From Rhodospirillales bacterium (GTDB lineage: Bacteria; Pseudomonadota; Alphaproteobacteria; Rhodospirillales; Defluviicoccaceae), in assembly GCA_046348725.1 (NCBI GenBank), contig JAXMDR010000005.1:3272-67271 (forward strand): a stretch of DNA of 64,000 nucleotides, written 5' to 3'. Below, one piece after another: positions 43,140 through 54,211 of the stretch (position 1 is the first letter of the stretch; the number at the start of each line of letters is the position of its first letter). A program made the translations under genes and the position numbers. The notes beneath the pieces were generated by a model. The model saw only the letters and a program-made list of their open reading frames with translations. It searched no databases and was not told the origin of the DNA.

Positions 43140-44261
43140 ATGCCGGAGACGCCCATGTTCGAGACCATCGGGCAGACCATCGAGCAGCTGGCGGAGCAGA
43201 ACTACATCTGCGACCGCAGGCTTGCGACGGTGGTGTTCCTTGCCTGGAAGATGGGCAAGCCGGTGCTCATCGAGGGGCCGGCAGGGGTCGGCAAGACCGA
43301 GCTGGCGAAGGTGGTCGCGAAGGCGCTGCGCCGCCAGCTCATCCGCCTGCAGTGCTACGGCGGCCTCGACGAGGCGCACGCCCTCTACGAATGGGAATAC
43401 AGCAAGCAGCTCCTCTATACCCAGATCCTGCGGGAGAAGATCAGCAGCTTCTTTGCCGGCGTCGATGACCTGCGGCAGGCGGTGGAGCGCCTGCGCCAGC
43501 ACGAGGATGTCTTCTTTTCCGAGCATTTCATCGTGCGCAGGCCGATCCTGCAGGCGATCAGTTCCGAAGAGCCGGTGGTGCTGCTGATCGACGAGATCGA
43601 CCGGGCGGAGGAGCAGTTCGAGGCGTTCCTGCTGGAATTCCTCAGCGACTTCCAGGTGACGGTGCCGGAGATCGGCACGGTCGCAGCGCGCACGCCGCCT
43701 TACGTCGTGATCACCAGCAACAACACCCGCGATCTCAGCGACGCGCTGAAGCGGCGCTGCCTGCACCTGTTCATCGACTATCCCGACGAGGAGCGGGAGC
43801 TGGAGATCATCCGCCTCAAGGTGCCGGGCATCGGCCCGGCACTGGCGGCGCAGGCGGCCGAGGTGGTCCGCCGGATGCGCAGCCTCGACCTGCGCAAGGC
43901 ACCCAGCATCAGCGAGGCGCTCGACTGGGCGCAGGCGCTGGTCCTGCTCAACGTCGAGACGCTCGACCGGCGGCTGCTGGAAGAGACGCTGCAGCTGCTG
44001 GTGAAGTACGAGCGCGATACCCGCCAGGTCAGCGAACGCCTGGAGTGGCTGCTGGGTGACAGCGGCGAGCAGCAGCCGGCCGGCGCGGGGAGCGATGGCT
44101 GGGGCGATCGCGGCCGCATCCGCCCGGCGCCTGGCTCGCGGCCGCCGCAGCCGCAGGCGCATCCCGACGTCCACGACATGGAGGCGCGCAAGCGCGAGCA
44201 TGCGGCGCGCTACTTCGGCCGCGACCGCCTGCGTCCGGATGCGTCCGGCGAGGAGGGCTGA
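43140..44261 (+). CDS. MoxR/CoxD-type AAA+ ATPase (MadB-like)
   Basis: EGPAGVGKTELAK, RLQCYGGLD, ALYEWEYSKQLL, LLIDEIDRA, TSNNTRDLSDALKRRC. Confidence 0.9.
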   Translation: MPETPMFETIGQTIEQLAEQNYICDRRLATVVFLAWKMGKPVLIEGPAGVGKTELAKVVAKALRRQLIRLQCYGGLDEAHALYEWEYSKQLLYTQILREKISSFFAGVDDLRQAVERLRQHEDVFFSEHFIVRRPILQAISSEEPVVLLIDEIDRAEEQFEAFLLEFLSDFQVTVPEIGTVAARTPPYVVITSNNTRDLSDALKRRCLHLFIDYPDEERELEIIRLKVPGIGPALAAQAAEVVRRMRSLDLRKAPSISEALDWAQALVLLNVETLDRRLLEETLQLLVKYERDTRQVSERLEWLLGDSGEQQPAGAGSDGWGDRGRIRPAPGSRPPQPQAHPDVHDMEARKREHAARYFGRDRLRPDASGEEG

Positions 44262-45717
44262 TGGACGCCGCGATCAGCCGGTTCATCTGCACGCTGAAGC
44301 GCTGCGGCGTCGGCATCTCGCCGGCCGAGGCGATGGATGCGGTGCGCGCGCTGGCGTGGGCGGGCCTTGCCGACCGCGAGACGGTGCGCAGCGTCCTGCG
44401 CAGCACGCTGATCAAGAGACTGGCCGACGGCCCGCTGTTCGACGAGCAGTTCGACCTGTTCTTCGCCCCCTTCCGGCCGCCGGCCGAGGCCGGCGAGGAG
44501 GAACAGGTGCCGGCGGCGGCGCCGCCCGCCGCCGAGAAGATCGTGCTCGATACCGAGGACGAGGACATCCCCCTCGGCGGCGGCGCCGCTGTGCCGCGCG
44601 ATCGTCTCAAGATCCAGCCGGGCGATCTTGCCGAGCTCGCCCGCAACATGATTCTTAAGCGCGCCGAGAGCCTGTTCGATCCGGTGATGCAGCGGGCGAC
44701 GCATCGGGTCAATGCTCGCCATGTCGGTACCGGATCCCGTCCGGGCCAGCTCAACTTCGCCGAGATCATGGATACCCTCGGGGCCGATCTGGGCAGCGGC
44801 GCCATCGACCGGCTGCTCGACGAACTGCGCGACGGAGGTGGACGAAGCGCTGCTCGACCTGCTGGCGGAGCGGGCGCCAGCCATCGTCCGGGCGTTGCCG
44901 GAGACGCTGAAGCGGTTCCTCGAGCTGAGCTCGCGCGCCGCGCCGGCCAGCAGGCCGAGGCGGCACCGCAGCGGCGGCCGGCAGGGGCCGGCGCCTTCAC
45001 GGAGAACGAACGCCGCGAGATGGCAGAGATCGTCCGCCACGCCTCGGCCGGCGCATGCGCGGCCCGCTCCTACCGGCGAGGTGGTCTGCCGCCGCGGCCG
45101 CATCCACGTCGCCCGCACCCTGCGCGCCAGCATGGCCTACGACGGCATCCCGTTCCACCCGGTGATGACCAGCCTGCGCCGCGATAAGCCGCGCATCGTC
45201 GTCATCTGCGACGTCAGCCTGTCGGTGCGCAACACCGCCCGCTTCATGCTGCTGGTCTACAGCCTGCAGTCGCTGTTCGAGCGGGTGCGCAGCTATGTCT
45301 TCGTCAGCGATCTCGCCGACGCCAGCCAGTATTTCGAGCAGCTCGACATCGGCGAAGGCGATCGCTGCGGTGCTCGACGGCAAGCTGGTCGATTGCGACG
45401 CCAACAGCAACTACGGGCGCGCCCTCGGCATCTTCTGCCAGCGCCACCTGTCGGTGGTGACCCGGGAGACGACGGTGATCGTCCTCGGCGACGGTCGTGG
45501 CAACCGCAATCCGCCCAATGTCGCGGCGCTGGAGGAGATCCGGCGTCGCTGCCGGCAACTCGTCTGGCTGTCTCCCGAGCCCCGCGGCAGCTGGGACCTG
45601 GGCAGCTCGATATGCCCCTCTACGTGCCGGTCTGCCACCGCAGCGGTGGTGCGCAATCTTTCGCAACTGGGTCAGGTCGCGGACGACCTCATCCGCGGCT
45701 ATACGGCGGCGCGATGA
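44261..45717 (+). CDS. CoxE-type VWA domain protein (MadC-like), frameshifted
   Basis: ISPAEAMDA...RSVLRSTLIKR; GRIHVARTLRASMAYDGIP; VICDVSLSV; SNYGRAL, TTVIVLGDGRGN, WLSPEPR across frames. Confidence 0.82.
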
Positions 45718-46793
45718 GCGACCTTACCCTCTCCCGGCTGCGGCACGGCATCCTGGTCGCGGTCCTCGCGGAGCGCGCGGATGATCGCCACCAGCCGGCA
45801 TACCGCCATCTACAGCCTGCCAGCCGAGCCGACAGCGGCCCAGGCGGAGAGTGCATGACAGCTTCATCGTCGTGCACGATTTTCACTCCGGCGCAGATCG
45901 ACAACAACATCGGCGGCCACGTGGCTGACGAACTGCTGCCGTTGCTGATGGCGGTACGCGCTGAACACGGCACCGGCGCCTACACCGAAAGCGAGCAGGA
46001 ACTGTTCGAGCGCTTCGTCGGCGCCATCGTGCGCTCCATGGATAGCAACGACCGGCGGGCCTGGCACCGGTTCTATGATAATACGCTCGCCCGCCTGCGC
46101 GCCCCGCAGCAGCGGTGGCAGCGAGCGGCAACGCCGATTTCATCGGCGTCTTCCGCCGAGGTTTATGCCCGGGTGGACGACCTCGTGGCGGAGAGGGACG
46201 CGACCTCCGTTCTCGACGTGGGCTCGTGCTTCGGCTTCCTGCCGCTGTACCTCGCCCGCAAGCGCCACGACGGCGATGACGCCGCTCGCCGCATCGTCGG
46301 ATGCGATCTCAACCCGGCGCTGGTGTCGCTGGCCGAGGACTACCGGCAGCACCGGATGATCCCGGGCGCCGAGTTCGTCTGCGCCGACATCCTCGCTGAC
46401 CGGGCGGCCGAACTCGCCGTCGGCGGACCGGCGTACGACGTCGTTACCGCCATTCACCTGATCGAGCACCTGAGCGCCGAGGAAACGGTGCGGGCGATGG
46501 CGAACCTATGGGCGCTGACCGCGGGCCGGCTGATCATCGCCGTCCCGTTCGAGAGCGAGCCCGATCCGCGCTTCGGCCACCAGCAGGCCTTCGATCCCGG
46601 CAGCCTGCTCGATCTTGGCCGGACCATGCCAGCAACCTGCCGTTTCTTCGAGCATCACGGCGGCTGGCTCGTCCTCGATCGCAACGAAACGCAACAATAC
46701 CGAAGGTGGGAGGAAGCGAATGACTTACGAGGTCTTCCGCAAGGGTCTGGATGCGCCGATCTGCCTGACCTGGGAGACGACCTACGGCTGTAA
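45714..46793 (+). CDS. mftM: Mycofactocin oligosaccharide methyltransferase MftM-like (true stop possibly 46723)
   Basis: QIDNNIGG, FERFVGAIVRS, AWHRFYDNTL, SVLDVGSCFGFLPL, DVVTAIHLIEHL, IAVPFE...FGHQQAF, HHGGWL; adjacent to mftC. Confidence 0.8.
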   Translation: MSDLTLSRLRHGILVAVLAERADDRHQPAYRHLQPASRADSGPGGECMTASSSCTIFTPAQIDNNIGGHVADELLPLLMAVRAEHGTGAYTESEQELFERFVGAIVRSMDSNDRRAWHRFYDNTLARLRAPQQRWQRAATPISSASSAEVYARVDDLVAERDATSVLDVGSCFGFLPLYLARKRHDGDDAARRIVGCDLNPALVSLAEDYRQHRMIPGAEFVCADILADRAAELAVGGPAYDVVTAIHLIEHLSAEETVRAMANLWALTAGRLIIAVPFESEPDPRFGHQQAFDPGSLLDLGRTMPATCRFFEHHGGWLVLDRNETQQYRRWEEANDLRGLPQGSGCADLPDLGDDLRL

Positions 46794-47767
46794 TCTGCGC
46801 TGCGTCCACTGTCTCTCGTCGTCCGGCAAGAAGCGCCGGCAAGGACGAACTCACCACCGCCGAGGCGAAGCGCCTGATCGACGAGTGGGCGGAAATGCGG
46901 GTGTTCTACATCAACGTCGGCGGCGGCGAGCCGATGAGCCGCCCCGACTTCTTCGAGCTGATGGACTACGCGCTCGCCCGCGGCATCGGCGTCAAGTTCA
47001 GCACCAACGGCACGCTGATCGACGATGATGCTGCCGCCTGGATCGCCTCGCGCGACTACCTCGATGTGCAGATCAGCATCGACGGCGCCACCGCCGCAAC
47101 CAGCGATCCGGTGCGCGGGGCGGGGTCGTTCGACCGTGCCCGCCGCGCCATGGACCGGCTCGCCGCCCAGGGCTTCCGCTTCAAGATCAACGCCACCGTC
47201 ACCCGCCACAACTATCCTGAGCTCGACGCGCTCTACGCCCTGGCCCGCGGCTACAACGCCGAATTGCGGCTCACCCGGCTGCGCCCCAGCGGCCGCGGCG
47301 TCAACGTCTGGGAAGAGCTGCGCCCGACGCACGCGCAGAACCGCGGCCTCTACGACTGGCTGCTCGGCCACCGCGACGTGCTCACCGGCGATTCCTTCTT
47401 CCATCTGTCCGCCTACGGCGAGCCGATGGACGGGCTCAACATGTGCGGCGCCGGCCGCATCGTCTGCTGCGTCGATCCGGTGGGCGAGGTCTACGCCTGT
47501 CCGTTCATGCTGGCTCCCGAGTTCTCCGGCGGCAACGTCCGGCAGGAGGGCGGCTTTGCCGGCGTCTGGCGGACCTCGCCGCTATTTGCCCACCTGCGCC
47601 AGTGGCAGGTCGGCGGCAGCTGCAAGACGTGCAACGCCTACTCCGCCTGTCACGGCGGCTGCATGGCGGTGAAGCACTTCACCGGCCGCTCGCTGGACGC
47701 TCCCGACCCCGACTGCGTCTTCGGCAACGACGATCAGCCCGTCATCGCCGCCGTAGCGGCGGAGTAG
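46720..47767 (+). CDS. mftC: Mycofactocin radical SAM maturase (one frameshift near 46840)
   Basis: GLDAPICLTWETTYGCNLRCVHCLSSSG; VFYINVGGGEP, KFSTNG, DYLDVQISIDGA, LRLTRLRPSGRG, VLTGDSFFHL, NMCGAGRIVC, C-x2-C-x5-CHGGCMAVK SPASM, PDPDCV. Confidence 0.95.
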
Positions 47768-47838
47768 ACGACCAAAACACCGGTAACGGACGCCGGCAAA
47801 GAACGCCGGGGATTACCCGGCCTGCAGGATGAGACGAC

Positions 47839-49809
47839 ATGATACTGCGGCAGGACAACTACGATTGCCTTTTTACCCCGCTTCCGCTTGGAAGGCGGGA
47901 GGCGGCGAGCCGTTTCGTCTTCGCCGCGCACCAGACCAACTTCGCCACCCACCATCGCTTCGAGAAGCGGCACGCCGCCTACTACGGCGCCCGCGCCGCC
48001 GGCGGTGCCGGCCTCATCGTGCTGGAGGGCAGCGTCGTCCATCCCTCCGACTGGCCGTATGAATACGCCATCTTCGGCTACGACGCAGGTGTAGTTGCCG
48101 GCTACCGGCTAGTCGCCGACGCGATCCACCGGCACGGCGCCCTGGCGCTGGCGCACCTAACCCATTCAGGGATGCAGGGCAGCAGCCACTACTCGCAGCT
48201 GCCGCTGTGGGCGCCGTCGCCGGTGCCGGAAGTGAACAGCCGTGAGATACCGAAGGAAATGGAGGAAGAGGACATCGCCGCGGTCATCGACGGCTTCGTC
48301 ACTGCGACGGGCTACGCCATGGCCGGCGGCCTCGACGGCGTCGAGATCAACGCCGGCCAGGACAGCCTGATCCGCCAGTTCCTCTCGCCGCTGACTAATC
48401 AGCGCACCGACGGCTGGGGCGGTGACCTGGGGAACCGGCTGCGCCTGCTGCGCGCGATCCTGGAGGGGGTGCGCGGGGTCGTCGGGGACGGCGTCCTCGG
48501 TGTGCGCCTGGTCGGCGACGAGTACGCCCCGTGGGCCGGCATCAAGCCGGAGGATGCGGTGGAGATCGCCCGCTTGCTCGCCGCCGACGGCGGTCTCGAC
48601 TTCATCGCCGTCACCAGCGGCAGCATCTACAGCGGCCACCTCACCCGCCCCGGACTCTACGCGCCGCCGGGTTTCGCCGCTCACCTCGCCGCCGGGATCA
48701 AGGCGGCGGTGGGGCTACCGGTGTTCGCGCAAGGCAGCATCGTCGATCCCGGCATGGCGGCGGGGCTGGTGGCGCGCGGCGAGGCCGACGCGGTCGAGAT
48801 GACGCGGGCGCTGATCGCCGATCCGGAGCTGCCGGCGAAGGTCCGAGCCGGCAATATGGCGGCGGTGCGGCCGTGCGTCCTGTCCAACCAGGACAATGTC
48901 GTGGGGCTGGTGCAGAACCCGCGCCTGAGCTGTGTCAACAACCCGGCCGCCGGCTACGAGGGAACGCCCGAGTTCGCGCCGCTGAACCGGGCACCAGTGC
49001 ACTACCGGGTGCTGGTGGTGGGCGGCGGGCCGGCCGGGCTGGAGGCGGCGCGGGTCGCAGCGCTGCGCGGCCATAGCGTCACCCTGTGCGAGCAGGGCGA
49101 CCGGCTGGGCGGCTCGCTGCGGCTGGCAGCGATGGCGCCGGGCCGCGAGCGCTTGGCGCTGGCGGTGGACTGGCTGGAGGCGGAGGTGCGTCGGCTGAAC
49201 GTCACCATCCGCACCGGCGCACCCGTGACGCTGAAAGATGTGCAGGCCGAAGAGCCCGATGCGGTCATCGTCGCCGTCGGTGGCCGGCCCGGCGTCCTTG
49301 CGCGCATCGCCTTCACCGACGGCATGCCGGTGCTGCATCCCCGCCAGATCATGGCCGGCGAGCTCTCTGCCCCGCCGGGCAAGGCGGTCGTCCTCGATGC
49401 CATCGGCGATGAGAAAGGCATGGGCGTCGCCGAGTGGCTCTGCGACCACGGCTGGCAGGTCGAAGTGGTCACCCGCGATATGTTCGCAGGCCAGCGGCTG
49501 ACCGCATCGCAGGAGCTGACGCCGTGGAACCAGCGGGCGGCTGCGAAAGGGATCGCCTTCCGGCCGCAGGTGGCGGTGCAGACGGTGGACGGGAGCAGCG
49601 TCAGCGGCATCGATGCCTTCGACCGCACGCCGGTGGTGATCGACGGCGTCGATCTGGTCGTGCCGGTGGCGCACGAGGTGCCGGACGAGGACCTCTACTT
49701 CGCGCTGAAGGACGCAGGGGTGCGCGTCTTCCGCGCCGGCGACTGCGTCGCCCCGCGCTCGATGGCCTCTGCCATCCTCGAAGGCTACCGGGCGGGACGG
49801 GAGGTGTGA
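47839..49809 (+). CDS. Mycofactocin-system FadH/OYE family oxidoreductase 1
   Basis: FAAHQTNF, SVVHPSDWPYE, LWAPSPVPEVNSREIPK, VEINAGQDSLIRQFLS, DEYAPWAG, VVGGGPAGLEAAR, RAGDCVAPR. Confidence 0.88.
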   Translation: MILRQDNYDCLFTPLPLGRREAASRFVFAAHQTNFATHHRFEKRHAAYYGARAAGGAGLIVLEGSVVHPSDWPYEYAIFGYDAGVVAGYRLVADAIHRHGALALAHLTHSGMQGSSHYSQLPLWAPSPVPEVNSREIPKEMEEEDIAAVIDGFVTATGYAMAGGLDGVEINAGQDSLIRQFLSPLTNQRTDGWGGDLGNRLRLLRAILEGVRGVVGDGVLGVRLVGDEYAPWAGIKPEDAVEIARLLAADGGLDFIAVTSGSIYSGHLTRPGLYAPPGFAAHLAAGIKAAVGLPVFAQGSIVDPGMAAGLVARGEADAVEMTRALIADPELPAKVRAGNMAAVRPCVLSNQDNVVGLVQNPRLSCVNNPAAGYEGTPEFAPLNRAPVHYRVLVVGGGPAGLEAARVAALRGHSVTLCEQGDRLGGSLRLAAMAPGRERLALAVDWLEAEVRRLNVTIRTGAPVTLKDVQAEEPDAVIVAVGGRPGVLARIAFTDGMPVLHPRQIMAGELSAPPGKAVVLDAIGDEKGMGVAEWLCDHGWQVEVVTRDMFAGQRLTASQELTPWNQRAAAKGIAFRPQVAVQTVDGSSVSGIDAFDRTPVVIDGVDLVVPVAHEVPDEDLYFALKDAGVRVFRAGDCVAPRSMASAILEGYRAGREV

Positions 49810-49810
49810 G

Positions 49811-51768
49811 ATGAGCGCTGCCGCACGCCTGCTGTTCACCCCGCTCAAGGTCGGCAACATCACGGTGCAGAACCGCATCGTGTTCTCGGCGCACCTCACC
49901 AACTTCGCCGAGGACTTCATGCCGACCGACCGGCACGCCTGCTACTACCGCGAGCGGGCGCGCGGCGGTGTCGGGCTGATCATCACCGAGGAGCACTCGG
50001 TCCACCCCACCGACCACCCTTACGAGAAGCTGATCCACGCGTTCAATCCGGCGGTGCTTCCCGGCTACCGGCGCATCACCGAGATGGTGCACGCGGAAGG
50101 CACGCCGATCCTGGCGCAGATCAACCACAACGGCGGCCAGAGCAGCGGCATGTTCACGCGGCTGCCCGCCTGGGCGCCGTCCGCCATCGCCGATCCGCTG
50201 TTCCGCGAAGTGCCGAAGGCGGTCGAGCACGAGGACATCCACCAGATCATCGACGGCTACGCCACCGTCGCCAGCTACACCAAGCGCGGCGGCTTCGACG
50301 GCATCGAGCCGCAGTGCTCGCACTCGTCGATCGTCCGCCAGTTCCTGTCGCGCAGCACCAACACCCGCACCGACGAACGCGGCGGCAGCCTGGAGAACCA
50401 GGCGCGGCTGCTGCGCGAGATCATCGGCTCAATCCGCCTCGCCGTCGGCCGCGACTACGTGCTCAGCGTCCGCCTGTGCGGGGACGAACTGATCCGCGAC
50501 GGCATCACCATCGACGAGGCGGTCGATCTCGCCCGCCTGCTGGAGCGCGACCGGCTGATCGACTGCATCAACACCAGCATCGGCACGGCGACGCAGACGC
50601 TCTACATGATCGAAGCGTCGATGCGCATCCCGCCCAACTACGCGATGTTCATCCCGTCGGCGATCCGCAAGGCGGTGCACCTGCCGGTGATCGGCGTCGG
50701 CCGCGTCAAGGACCCGATCCAGGCGGAGCGGCTGCTGGCGGAGGGCCACGCCGATCTCGTCGGCGTCGTCCGGGCGCAGATCGCCGATCCGGAGTTCGCC
50801 CGCAAGGCGCGCGAGAACCGCGCCGACGACATCCGCCTGTGCCTGTCGTGCAACCAGGAGTGCGTCGGCCGGATGGGGCTGAACCGCTGGCTCGGCTGCA
50901 TCGAGACCCCCGCCACCGGCCGCGAGCAGGCGCTCGGCATCGGCACCCTGCAGCCGGCGAAGCCGGCGAAGCGGGTGACGGTGGTGGGCGGCGGCCCCGC
51001 CGGACTGAAGGCGGCGGCGGTCGCCGCCCGCCGCGGCCACAGGTGACGCTGCTGGAGAAGGAAGAGCGGCTGGGCGGGCAAGTCGCCTGGGCGATGCGCG
51101 TCACCAACCGCGCCGAATTCGGCGACATCGTCCGCAACCTCGTCCACGAGATCGAGCAGCTGCCGGTCGAGGTGCGCACCGGCGTTGCTGCCACCCCCGA
51201 GATGGTGCTGGCGGAGCAGCCCGACGCGGTGATCATCGCCACCGGCTCGCTGCCCGACCGCCGCGGCATTCCGGGTGCGGACGGCGCCCGCGTCGCCGAT
51301 GCCACCGACATCCTTGCTGGCCGGGTGACGCCGGGCAAGCGGGTGCTGCTGATCGACCGCCTCGGCTTCCACGAGGCGACCAGCACCGCCGAGTTCATGG
51401 CCGAGCAGGGCTGCACGGTGGAGGTGGTGACGCAGACGCTCTACGTCGGCCAGGACCTGGGCGTCACCCTCGACCTGGAGAACTGGTACCGGCAGGCGCG
51501 ACGGCTCGGCATCCGCTGTACCCCCAACCACTCGGTCCTCAGCATCGAAGACGGGGTGGTGACGGCGCTGCATAACTATAGCGGCCAGATCGTCCATTTC
51601 CCGGAGGTGGACACCATCGTGCTGGCCATTCACCGCCGCGCCAACTGCCGGCTCTACACCGCGCTGAAGGGACGGATCCCCGTGCTGCACCGCATCGGCG
51701 ACTGCGTCGCGCCGCGGCGGGCGCACGCGGCGATCATCGAGGGCGAGAAGGCGGGGAGGGCAGTCTGA
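49811..51768 (+). CDS. Mycofactocin-system FadH/OYE family oxidoreductase 2 (one frameshift near 51040)
   Basis: NRIVFSAHLTNFA, TEEHSVHPTDHPYEKLI, DPLFREVPK, QCSHSSIVRQFLS, CLSCNQECVGRMGLNRWLGCIE, RAEFGDIVRN, GQDLGVTLDLE, RRAHAAIIEG. Confidence 0.9.
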
Positions 51769-52886
51769 TGGCGGCACCCATCGTTGTCATCGCCGAGACG
51801 ATCTACGGCGCCCTGACCCCGACGACGCTGGAGTGCGTGGAAGAGGCGCGCGATGTGGCCGACAGCCTCGCCGCCGCCGTCCATGTCGTCCTTCCCGGCC
51901 ACGGCGTGGCGGAACTGGCGCCCGAGCTGGCGGCGCACGGCGCCGACCGGGTGAGCGTCATCGACCATGCGGCGCTGGCGGAATTCAGCGCCGACGGCTG
52001 GCTCGCCGCGGTGGCGCCGGTACTCAAGGCGGCGCGGGCGGCGCTGACGCTGGCGCCCGACAGCGGCTACGGCCGCACCTGGCTGCCGCGCCTCTCCTTA
52101 CGCTGGCGCATTCCGCTCGCCACCGCCTGCATCCGCCTCAAGGTCACCGACGAGGGCTACCCGGAGGTGTTCCGCATCAGCCACGGCGGCAGGCTGCACG
52201 AGCGCCAGATCTGGGCGCGCGGCGCCGCCGTCATGGTGATGCTGTCGCCGGGAGTGCGCGGCGTGGGGCCCGAGCTTTCCGGCCGGCAGGCGACGATCGA
52301 TACCGTCACCCCGGAGCTCGATCCCCAGGCCTTCCGCGACCGGACGCTGCGCACGGTGCCACCCGATCCGCACGACGTCGATCTCACCGAGGCGGAGCGC
52401 ATCGTCTCCGGCGGACTCGGCGTCGGTGGACCGCAGGGGATGGCGTTGCTGCAACAGCTTGCCGACGAGCTGGAGGCGGCGCTGGGCGGCACCCGCGTCG
52501 TCGCCGATCGCGGCTGGCTGCCGTCGGATCGCTTCATCGGCACCACCGGCAAGATCGTCGCGCCGAAGCTCTACCTGGCGCTGGGCGTCTCCGGCGCCGG
52601 CCAGCACGTCGCCGGCATCACCGGCAGCGAGACGGTGATCGCCGTCAACACCGACCGCACCGCGCCGCTGCTGAAGCTGGCCGACCTGGGCGTGGTCGGC
52701 GACCTGCACGCCATCGTCCCGGCGCTGATCCGCAAGCTGCGCGAACTGCGACCAAAAGACGCGGCGTTGCCGGCGGCGAGTCCGGCGCCGCTCGACCCGG
52801 TCATCCGTACCCCGCTGGTTGCTGCGGCGACCCGTCCCGGACAGGACGCACGGCAGGACGCCCGGGCAAGAGAGGCCCTGCCATGA
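51768..52886 (+). CDS. fixB: Electron transfer flavoprotein alpha subunit (FixB-like)
   Basis: DLTEAERIVSGGLGVG, LGGTRVVAD, IGTTGKIVAPKLYLALGVSGAGQH, AVNTD. Confidence 0.88.
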   Translation: MAAPIVVIAETIYGALTPTTLECVEEARDVADSLAAAVHVVLPGHGVAELAPELAAHGADRVSVIDHAALAEFSADGWLAAVAPVLKAARAALTLAPDSGYGRTWLPRLSLRWRIPLATACIRLKVTDEGYPEVFRISHGGRLHERQIWARGAAVMVMLSPGVRGVGPELSGRQATIDTVTPELDPQAFRDRTLRTVPPDPHDVDLTEAERIVSGGLGVGGPQGMALLQQLADELEAALGGTRVVADRGWLPSDRFIGTTGKIVAPKLYLALGVSGAGQHVAGITGSETVIAVNTDRTAPLLKLADLGVVGDLHAIVPALIRKLRELRPKDAALPAASPAPLDPVIRTPLVAAATRPGQDARQDARAREALP

Positions 52887-54211
52887 AAACACCGAGGCCG
52901 ACCGACCACTTCGACGTCATCATCGTCGGCGCCGGGCCTGCCGGTAGCGCCGCCGCCCTCGTGACCGCGCGCGCCGGGCTCAACGTGCTGCTGATCGAGC
53001 GCGGCGAGTATCCCGGAGCGAAAAACGTCTCCGGCGCGGCGTTCTACGGTAGCGCCATGCTCAACCAGCTGATCCCCAACTGGTGGGAGCAGGCGCCGGT
53101 CGAACGCTATATCTGCCGGCGCGACGTCATTCTGATTTCGCCGACGACGGCGGTCTCGCTCGACTTCCGCTCCGCCAGCGCCGCCTACGTCGAGCCGCCG
53201 TACAACGCCTTTACCATCCTGCGGCCGAAGTTCGACCGCTGGTTCGCAGCGCAAGCGGAAGCCGCCGGCGCCTTCCTGCTCACCTCGACGGTGGTCGACG
53301 GGGTGATCCGCGAGCGGGGCAAGGTGGTGGGCGTGAAGGTGCGCCGCGACGACGGCGAGATCCGTGCCGACCTGGTCATCGCTTGCGATGGCGCCAATTC
53401 CTTCCTGGCGCAGCAGGCGGGACTGCAGCGGCGGCTGCAGACGCACGAGCTGTCGCTGGGGGTCAAGGAGGTGCTCGGGCTGGAGGAGGCCGCCATCCGC
53501 GAGCGCTTCAACCTCTCCGGCAATGAGGGCATGGTGCTGGAATACGTGGGCGCAGTCACCGACAATGTGCGCGGCGGCGCCTTCCTCTATACCAACCGCA
53601 ACTCGCTGTCGCTGGGGGTGATCGGCCAGGTCTCCTCCCTGGTCGAGACGCAGAAGCGCCCTTACGAGCTGCTGGAGCTGTTCAAGGCGCATCCGGCGGT
53701 GGCACCACTGCTGCGCGGCGCCAAGCTGCGGGAGTATTCCGCCCACCTGATCCCGGAGAGCGGCTGGAAGATGATGCCGACGCTGGTTGCCTCCGGCATG
53801 CTGGTCGCCGGCGACGCCGCCGGCTTCTGCCTCGCCACCGGCCTCTACATCGAGGGCATCAACTACGCCATGCAATCCGGCATCGCTGCCGGCGAGGCGG
53901 CGATCGAGGCCCACCGGGTGCGCGACTTCACCCGCCATACGCTCGAGCGCTACACCGAATTGCTATGGCCGCGCAATGTCTTCACCGACTTCCGCGCCTA
54001 CCGCCACGCACCGCACTTCGTCAACGGCGAGCGGCTGCAGAACGTCTATCCGGAGATGGCGGCGGCGAGCTTTGAGCGGCTGTTCCAGGTGGACGGCAAC
54101 GCCAAGCAGAAGATCCTGCCGCTCTACCTGAAGGCGATGCGCCAATCCGGGGCGAAGCCCCGCCACTTGCTGGCCGACCTCTACCAGGCAGCGAGGAGCT
54201 ACCTATGGTGA
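52883..54211 (+). CDS. fixC: FixC-like FAD-dependent oxidoreductase
   Basis: IIVGAGPAGS, ERGEYPGAKNVSG, RPKFDRW, GGAFLYTNRNSLSLG, EYSAHLIPE, VAGDAAG, EGINYA. Confidence 0.92.
   Translation: MKTPRPTDHFDVIIVGAGPAGSAAALVTARAGLNVLLIERGEYPGAKNVSGAAFYGSAMLNQLIPNWWEQAPVERYICRRDVILISPTTAVSLDFRSASAAYVEPPYNAFTILRPKFDRWFAAQAEAAGAFLLTSTVVDGVIRERGKVVGVKVRRDDGEIRADLVIACDGANSFLAQQAGLQRRLQTHELSLGVKEVLGLEEAAIRERFNLSGNEGMVLEYVGAVTDNVRGGAFLYTNRNSLSLGVIGQVSSLVETQKRPYELLELFKAHPAVAPLLRGAKLREYSAHLIPESGWKMMPTLVASGMLVAGDAAGFCLATGLYIEGINYAMQSGIAAGEAAIEAHRVRDFTRHTLERYTELLWPRNVFTDFRAYRHAPHFVNGERLQNVYPEMAAASFERLFQVDGNAKQKILPLYLKAMRQSGAKPRHLLADLYQAARSYLW

Noticed and set aside
44712-46793. Apparent 693-aa VWA-methyltransferase fusion
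   Set aside because: Produced by frameshifts in the VWA gene; an ATGA junction at 45714-45717 indicates two genes
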